Of a stretch of DNA of 64,000 nucleotides, positions 58,961 through 64,000 are shown one piece after another. Every line of letters begins with the position of its first letter. Within the stretch, counting starts at the first letter, position 1. Under the pieces are notes generated by a model. That model searched no databases, had not been told where the DNA came from, and saw only the letters and a list, made by a program, of their open reading frames with translations. Made by a program: the position numbers and the translations under genes. The DNA lies in assembly GCA_040385525.1 (NCBI GenBank), contig JAZKHE010000005.1, forward strand, positions 96,910 to 160,909, written 5' to 3'. This DNA is from Bacteroidota bacterium. Its GTDB lineage: Bacteria; Bacteroidota; Bacteroidia; UBA4408.

Positions 58961-60839
58961 TTTTTATTTCATCAACCACAGCTGGGTCTAATAATGTGGA
59001 AGTATCGCCTAAATTGTTTAACTCACCTTCTGCCACTTTGCGTAATATTCTGCGCATAATTTTCCCAGAACGAGTTTTAGGTAAACCGCTAACAATTTGT
59101 ATTTTATCGGGTTTAGCAATTGGGCCAATAATTTTATTTACTTCAGCAATAATTTCTTTGCGCAACATTTCGTCATGCTTTTCAGAATTTGTACAAATTA
59201 CGTAAGCATAAATTCCTTGTCCTTTAATGTCATGCGGATAGCCAACTACAGCACTTTCTACAATATCAGGGTGCATATTAATTGCACTTTCTACTTCGGC
59301 AGTTCCAATTCTATGGCCCGATACATTTATAACATCATCAACTCTACCTGTAATTCTGTAATACCCATCTGCATCGCGTTTGCAACCATCGCCAGTAAAA
59401 TATAAATTTGGGTAAGTTGCAAAATAATTTATGCGGCAACGTTCGTGATCGCCATAGGTTGTGCGAATCATAGCTGGCCATGGAAATTTAATACATAAAT
59501 TTCCTTCAACATCATTGCCTAAAATTTCGTTTCCTTTATCGTCAACTAAAATGGGTTGCACGCCAGGCAATGGAAGTGTAGCATAACCCGGTTTTGTTTT
59601 TGTAACTCCAGCAATTGGAGAAATAAGCATTCCGCCAGTTTCGGTTTGCCACCACGTATCAACAATTGGACATTTTTCTTTACCAATATTTTTATTGTAC
59701 CAGTTCCAAGCTTCTTCGTTTATAGGTTCTCCAACAGAACCTAAAACTCTTAAACTCGACAAGTCGTGGTTTTTAACAAAGTCCAAACCAGCTGCTTCTA
59801 AAGCACGAATTGCTGTAGGTGCAGTGTAAAAAATGCTTACTTTGTATTTATCAATTACTTGCCAAAAACGAGATGCGTCGGGATAAGTAGGTACACCTTC
59901 AAAAATAATTCCAGTAGCGCCAGCTAATAAAGGCCCGTAAACTATATACGAATGACCTGTTATCCAGCCAATATCGGCAGTACACCAGTAAATATCGTTT
60001 TCTTTGTATTGAAAAACATTTCTAAATGTATATTCTGCAAAAACCATATATCCCGCAACAGTGTGCACAACGCCTTTTGGTTTTCCTGTGGATCCAGATG
60101 TGTAAAGCAAAAACAACATGTCTTCTGCGTCCATAGTTTCTGCTTCGCAAGTTGTTGATGCGTTTTTCATTTCATCGTGCCACCAAAAATCTCTGCCTTG
60201 TTGCATGTTTGTGTTAGAGCCTGTTCTTTTAACTACAATTACAGAATTAATAGAAGGACAAACTTCTAACGCTTCGTCAACTAACGTTTTTAATGGAATA
60301 TCTTTATTTACTCTAAAAGAACCATCAGAACATATAACAACAGAGCACTCGCTATCTTGTATTCTGCTTGATAAAGATGAAGCAGAAAAGCCACCAAAAA
60401 CTACAGAATGTATTGCACCTATTCTTGCGCATGCTAAAACAGAAATGGCTAATTCAGGAATCATAGGCATGTATAAACAAACTCTATCACCTTTTTTTAC
60501 ACCTTTATTTTTTAACACATTGGCTAGCTTACAAACTTCGTCTAACAATTGTTTGTAAGTAATTTTTATTTCTTTTTCATTTGGATTGTTAGGTTCCCAG
60601 ATGTATGCTATTTTATTAGGGTTTGTGGCAACGTGTCTGTCTAAACAATTTTCTGTAATGTTTAATTTACCGCCACAAAACCAATTTATTTTTGGTTCCG
60701 AAAAATTCCAATCTAAAACTTTATCCCACTTTTTTTTCCAAATAAAACTATCTGCTTTCTCGCCCCAAAACTGTTCAGGATTTTCAACACTTAATTTGTA
60801 TTCTGATAAATATTCGTCAAAAGAATTAATAGTTTTCAT
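58944..60839 (-). CDS. acs: acetyl-coenzyme A synthetase
   Basis: AMP-binding signature YTSGSTGKPKG, the conserved C-terminal catalytic lysine (GKIMRR), ACS-type N-terminus. The ORF extends to 60902; MKTINSFDEY at 60839 is the likelier start. Confidence 0.9.
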   Translation of the reverse strand: MKTINSFDEYLSEYKLSVENPEQFWGEKADSFIWKKKWDKVLDWNFSEPKINWFCGGKLNITENCLDRHVATNPNKIAYIWEPNNPNEKEIKITYKQLLDEVCKLANVLKNKGVKKGDRVCLYMPMIPELAISVLACARIGAIHSVVFGGFSASSLSSRIQDSECSVVICSDGSFRVNKDIPLKTLVDEALEVCPSINSVIVVKRTGSNTNMQQGRDFWWHDEMKNASTTCEAETMDAEDMLFLLYTSGSTGKPKGVVHTVAGYMVFAEYTFRNVFQYKENDIYWCTADIGWITGHSYIVYGPLLAGATGIIFEGVPTYPDASRFWQVIDKYKVSIFYTAPTAIRALEAAGLDFVKNHDLSSLRVLGSVGEPINEEAWNWYNKNIGKEKCPIVDTWWQTETGGMLISPIAGVTKTKPGYATLPLPGVQPILVDDKGNEILGNDVEGNLCIKFPWPAMIRTTYGDHERCRINYFATYPNLYFTGDGCKRDADGYYRITGRVDDVINVSGHRIGTAEVESAINMHPDIVESAVVGYPHDIKGQGIYAYVICTNSEKHDEMLRKEIIAEVNKIIGPIAKPDKIQIVSGLPKTRSGKIMRRILRKVAEGELNNLGDTSTLLDPAVVDEIKNGAIK

Positions 60840-60967
60840 ACGCAAATAAATTTGAAGGTTTTTAACAAGCATAAATCTAATTAAAATAAAAAGTGATTGC
60901 AACTTTATATAAAAAATTACGTTTCTTGCAGTAATATTTCTATTTTTGAAATTCTAATAAAAAGATT

Positions 60968-61702
60968 GTGAAGAAGTTATTGCTTTTAATTTTAAGTTTT
61001 TTGAGTGTAAATGTCTTAGCGCAAGATATGGATACTGCATTGTATAATTCTATTGAACGTTATCATGCTCAAAAAAACGCTAGATTTAATGGCTATTACA
61101 AAGGAATTGATGTTTCTAAATATCAGCATGAAATTGAATGGAATAGTTTAGATACAACATTGCATTTTATAATTTGCAAAGCAACCGAAGGAACTACTTT
61201 GGTGGATAAAAAATTTAAGCAAAACTGGCAACAAATTGATGATAGGTATAAAAAAGGTGCGTATCATTTTTTTAGACCAGATAAGCCTGGAAAGGAGCAA
61301 GCACAGCTTTTTTTAAAAACTGTAAATTTTGATTGCGGACATATTTTACCCATTATAGATGTAGAATACACGCGAGGTTATAGAAGAACAAACCCAAGAA
61401 TAATGGCTGCCAATTTACATAAGTTTATTGCAGAAATAGAATTGCAGTTGGGTGTAAAGCCTATTATTTATACCAATGGTAAGTTTTGGGAAAAATATAT
61501 AAATCCTTATTTTAAATACAAAGAAAGTGATTTTCAGCTATGGATTGCCGATTACCGCCAGAGAGAAAACCCAGGTATTCATAAAGATTGGCAAGACTGG
61601 ACAATGTGGCAACACAGTGCCAAAGGATGTGTAGATGGTATAAATTGCGAAGTAGATTTAAACGTTTGTAAAAAACCTTTAGAAGAAATTATTATTAAGT
61701 AA
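60968..61702 (+). CDS. GH25 family lysozyme (muramidase)
   Basis: 244 aa. Signal peptide, GIDVSKYQ..I.W and catalytic D/E-containing beta-strands typical of GH25. Confidence 0.75.
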   Translation: MKKLLLLILSFLSVNVLAQDMDTALYNSIERYHAQKNARFNGYYKGIDVSKYQHEIEWNSLDTTLHFIICKATEGTTLVDKKFKQNWQQIDDRYKKGAYHFFRPDKPGKEQAQLFLKTVNFDCGHILPIIDVEYTRGYRRTNPRIMAANLHKFIAEIELQLGVKPIIYTNGKFWEKYINPYFKYKESDFQLWIADYRQRENPGIHKDWQDWTMWQHSAKGCVDGINCEVDLNVCKKPLEEIIIK

Positions 61703-61754
61703 AAGTTAATTAACAATTTCTTTTTTTATTTCTAAATGCATTTTATTAATTTCA

Positions 61755-62717
61755 ATGAAAAATAAATTTACCATGAAAAAATCAATCAAGCTATTCTCTT
61801 TATTATTATTGAGTAGTGTAATAATTTTATCTTCATGTAAAAAGAAAAAAGAAGAAGAGGAACAATTAAAGCAAGACGAAGCTACTTTACAAACTGAAAA
61901 CGAAAGCCAGAGTAAAGACCAATCGCAAGTTCAAACCGAAACAAACAATGCTTTTGATGATGCTAACTCCGCTTTTTCTGGTACATCAGCTGGCAAGTCT
62001 ACTAACGCTTTAAGCATATGTGGTGCAGCAGTTGATACAAGTTCTATTGCAGCAAAAATTATTTTTATAAATTATGATGGCACAACAACATGTACTGGGT
62101 ACAAAAAATCGGGTAAAATAAAAGTGCAATTAATTTCGGGCACATCGTGGCGCAATGCAGGAGCAACTGTTCAGTTAACCTATTTAGATTATAAGGTTAC
62201 AAAAATTGCAACCGATAAATCAATTGTAATTAATGGTACGCAAAATGTTACAAAACAAAACGCAATAGATTGGATAACATTTCTTACATCGGGAACAGGT
62301 TCTGTAAGTTACAAAACAAGAGCTAATAATATGAGTATAACTTTTGATGAAGGTACAACAAGAACATGGAGTGCAGCCCACACATCATCATATTCTGTTG
62401 CTTCTGGAGTTGTAACTGCTTCGCATAGCGGTGATACAACAATTACAGGAGTAAGTTCAGTTTCTCACTGGGGAACAAATCGTTTTGGAAAAACATTTAC
62501 AACTGCAATTACTAGTTCAATTGTATCTAACAATACTTGTGGTTGGTGGAAGCCAGTTTCTGGAGTTGTTTCTCACTCGGTTAACACTAAATCTTTTTCT
62601 ACAACCTTTGGTGTAGCATCTGATGGAGTTCCTGTTTCGACAGGATGTGCTTATGGTTTTAAAGTAGATTGGACTGGAGTTGAAGGAACTGCAAAACAAG
62701 CAATAGTTAGTTATTAA
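61755..62717 (+). CDS. hypothetical lipoprotein
   Basis: 320 aa. Lipobox (ILSSC), then a KKKKEEEEQLKQ low-complexity linker, then a Ser/Thr/Gly-rich beta-rich domain. Confidence 0.45.
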   Translation: MKNKFTMKKSIKLFSLLLLSSVIILSSCKKKKEEEEQLKQDEATLQTENESQSKDQSQVQTETNNAFDDANSAFSGTSAGKSTNALSICGAAVDTSSIAAKIIFINYDGTTTCTGYKKSGKIKVQLISGTSWRNAGATVQLTYLDYKVTKIATDKSIVINGTQNVTKQNAIDWITFLTSGTGSVSYKTRANNMSITFDEGTTRTWSAAHTSSYSVASGVVTASHSGDTTITGVSSVSHWGTNRFGKTFTTAITSSIVSNNTCGWWKPVSGVVSHSVNTKSFSTTFGVASDGVPVSTGCAYGFKVDWTGVEGTAKQAIVSY

Positions 62718-62742
62718 TTGAAAGTTGTTTTTCATAAAAAAA

Positions 62743-62777
62743 CCTCAAAGAATTTCTTTGAGGTTTTTTATTTTTAT
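62743..62777. terminator. bidirectional rho-independent terminator
   Basis: AAAAAA-CCTCAAAGA-att-TCTTTGAGG-TTTTTTATTTTT. Sits between convergent genes. Confidence 0.65.
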
Positions 62778-62834
62778 AAATGTATAGTAAACCAATTCAC
62801 TAATCAACTAATTTACCAACTCTCAACTCAAAAA

Positions 62835-63809
62835 TTACCAACCTAACACCCACGAAAAAATAAGAGGTGCAACAATTGTAGCATCACTTTCTACAATAAA
62901 TTTAGGCGTATTAATATCTAATTTACCCCAAGTAATTTTTTCGTTGGGAACAGCTCCTGAGTATGAGCCGTAGCTAGTTGTAGAATCTGAAATTTGACAG
63001 AAATAGCTCCAGAAAGGAATGTTTTCCATTTCCATATCTTGGTACAACATGGGCACAACACAAATTGGAAAATCGCCAGCAATACCGCCACCAATCTGAA
63101 AAAATCCAACGCCTTTACCTTCAGAGTTTTTTACATACCAATCAGCTAACCAAGCCATGTACTCAATACCCGATTTCATGGTTGTTGCTTTAATTTCGTT
63201 TTTAATAACGTAAGATGCAAAAATGTTTCCCATAGTCGAATCTTCCCAACCCGGAACTACCATCGGTAAATTGCGTTCAGCAGCAGCTAACATCCACGAG
63301 TCTTTAGGATCTATTTCGTAATATTGTTTTAATTCTCCACTTAACAATATTTTGTACATAAACTCATGCGGAAAAAAACGTTCGCCAGCAGTATCGGCAT
63401 CTTTCCATATTTTGTGAATGTGTTTTTGTAATCTTCTAAAAGCTTCTTCTTCAGGAATACAAGTATCTGTAACACGATTGTAGTGGTTTTCTAACAAATC
63501 CCACTCGTCTTGCGGCGATAAATCGCGATAATTAGGAACTCTTTTGTAGTGGCTATGCGCAACTAAGTTCATAATATCTTCTTCTAGGTTAGCGCCTGTG
63601 CAAGAAATAATATCTACTTTACCTTGACGAATCATTTCTGCCAACGATTTACCTAACTCAGCAGTACTCATAGCGCCAGCAAGTGTTACCATCATTTTGC
63701 CACCTTCGGTTAAATGTGTTTCGTAGCCTTTAGCAGCATCAACAAGAGCAGCTGCATTAAAGTGTTTGTAATGTTTTTCAATAAATTGAGAAATAGGTCC
63801 TTTATTCAT
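62835..63809 (-). CDS. deoxyhypusine synthase-like protein
   Basis: 324 aa. NAD-binding TLAGAMSTAELG and SCTGANLEED motifs of the deoxyhypusine synthase family. Confidence 0.75.
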   Translation of the reverse strand: MNKGPISQFIEKHYKHFNAAALVDAAKGYETHLTEGGKMMVTLAGAMSTAELGKSLAEMIRQGKVDIISCTGANLEEDIMNLVAHSHYKRVPNYRDLSPQDEWDLLENHYNRVTDTCIPEEEAFRRLQKHIHKIWKDADTAGERFFPHEFMYKILLSGELKQYYEIDPKDSWMLAAAERNLPMVVPGWEDSTMGNIFASYVIKNEIKATTMKSGIEYMAWLADWYVKNSEGKGVGFFQIGGGIAGDFPICVVPMLYQDMEMENIPFWSYFCQISDSTTSYGSYSGAVPNEKITWGKLDINTPKFIVESDATIVAPLIFSWVLGW

Positions 63810-64000
63810 GTTTTGTGTTTTTATTTTGTCTTAATTAGGTGCAAAAATAATATCAATTTTAAGAATACGAGATAAAACTTGCTAAAAGTGCGAGTGTTTC
63901 GTATTTTTGTATAGGTTAAAAGATAAAACGATAAATAAATGAAAGTATTATTAAATATTAAAGACACCAAAGCAGAATTTGTAATGTAGCTTTTAAAAAA

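Noticed and set aside
2483-60849. Numerous 60-160-aa ORFs antisense within large genes (e.g. 2483-2707, 5418-5717, 11557-11856, 41127-41618, 60118-60558)
   Set aside because: AT-rich genomes generate long antisense ORFs by chance. All are embedded in strongly supported genes and have low-complexity Phe/Leu/Ile/Ser-rich translations.
1-64000. CRISPR arrays, tRNA and rRNA genes
   Set aside because: No regularly spaced direct repeats. No tRNA-like T-arm motif (GTTCGAATC or GTTCGATTC) in any intergenic region. No rRNA-like conserved blocks.

Overview
This is an AT-rich (about 30-35% GC) chromosomal segment that looks like a Flavobacteriia/Bacteroidota genome. It is densely packed, mostly with housekeeping genes on both strands. 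Secure calls include ruvB, queG, metK, rsgA, dtd, fabD, folE, tdk, a murF-alr fusion, aspS, tadA, hemW, pyrC, acs, pepT, DPP-IV, adenine deaminase, corA, rsmI, gldA and a POT peptide transporter. I found no rRNA, tRNA or CRISPR array. The structure not explained by ordinary genes is listed below.
- A roughly 700-bp cassette (54255-54950) is bounded by perfect 23-bp GC-rich inverted repeats. It carries only a small immunity-like ORF that is interrupted by an in-frame TGA. It could be a MITE-like cargo element or an invertible (phase-variable) segment.
- Two copies of a roughly 115-bp palindromic MITE-like intergenic repeat (8709-8823 and 37753-37871) share CCACATAGnnACATAG termini and a central TTTTCGCTTGCGAAAA palindrome.
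- Two near-identical 41-bp palindromes exactly bracket an AAA+ (DUF4143) ATPase gene.
- A GldM/PorM-like paralog sits alone, divergently next to gldA, with no gldK, gldL or gldN.
- A tight four-gene rhodanese / DUF2892 / thioredoxin / periplasmic rhodanese-thioredoxin-fusion operon.
- Tandem, recently duplicated PKD-like lipoprotein genes.
- A GC-rich intergenic island (about 34310-34470) with five CGTAAG motifs and a 12-bp-stem hairpin, a candidate ncRNA.
- A membrane protein and a PP2C phosphatase that may be a split or frameshifted sensor gene.
All functional assignments come from motif and family recognition by eye; no database search was possible.
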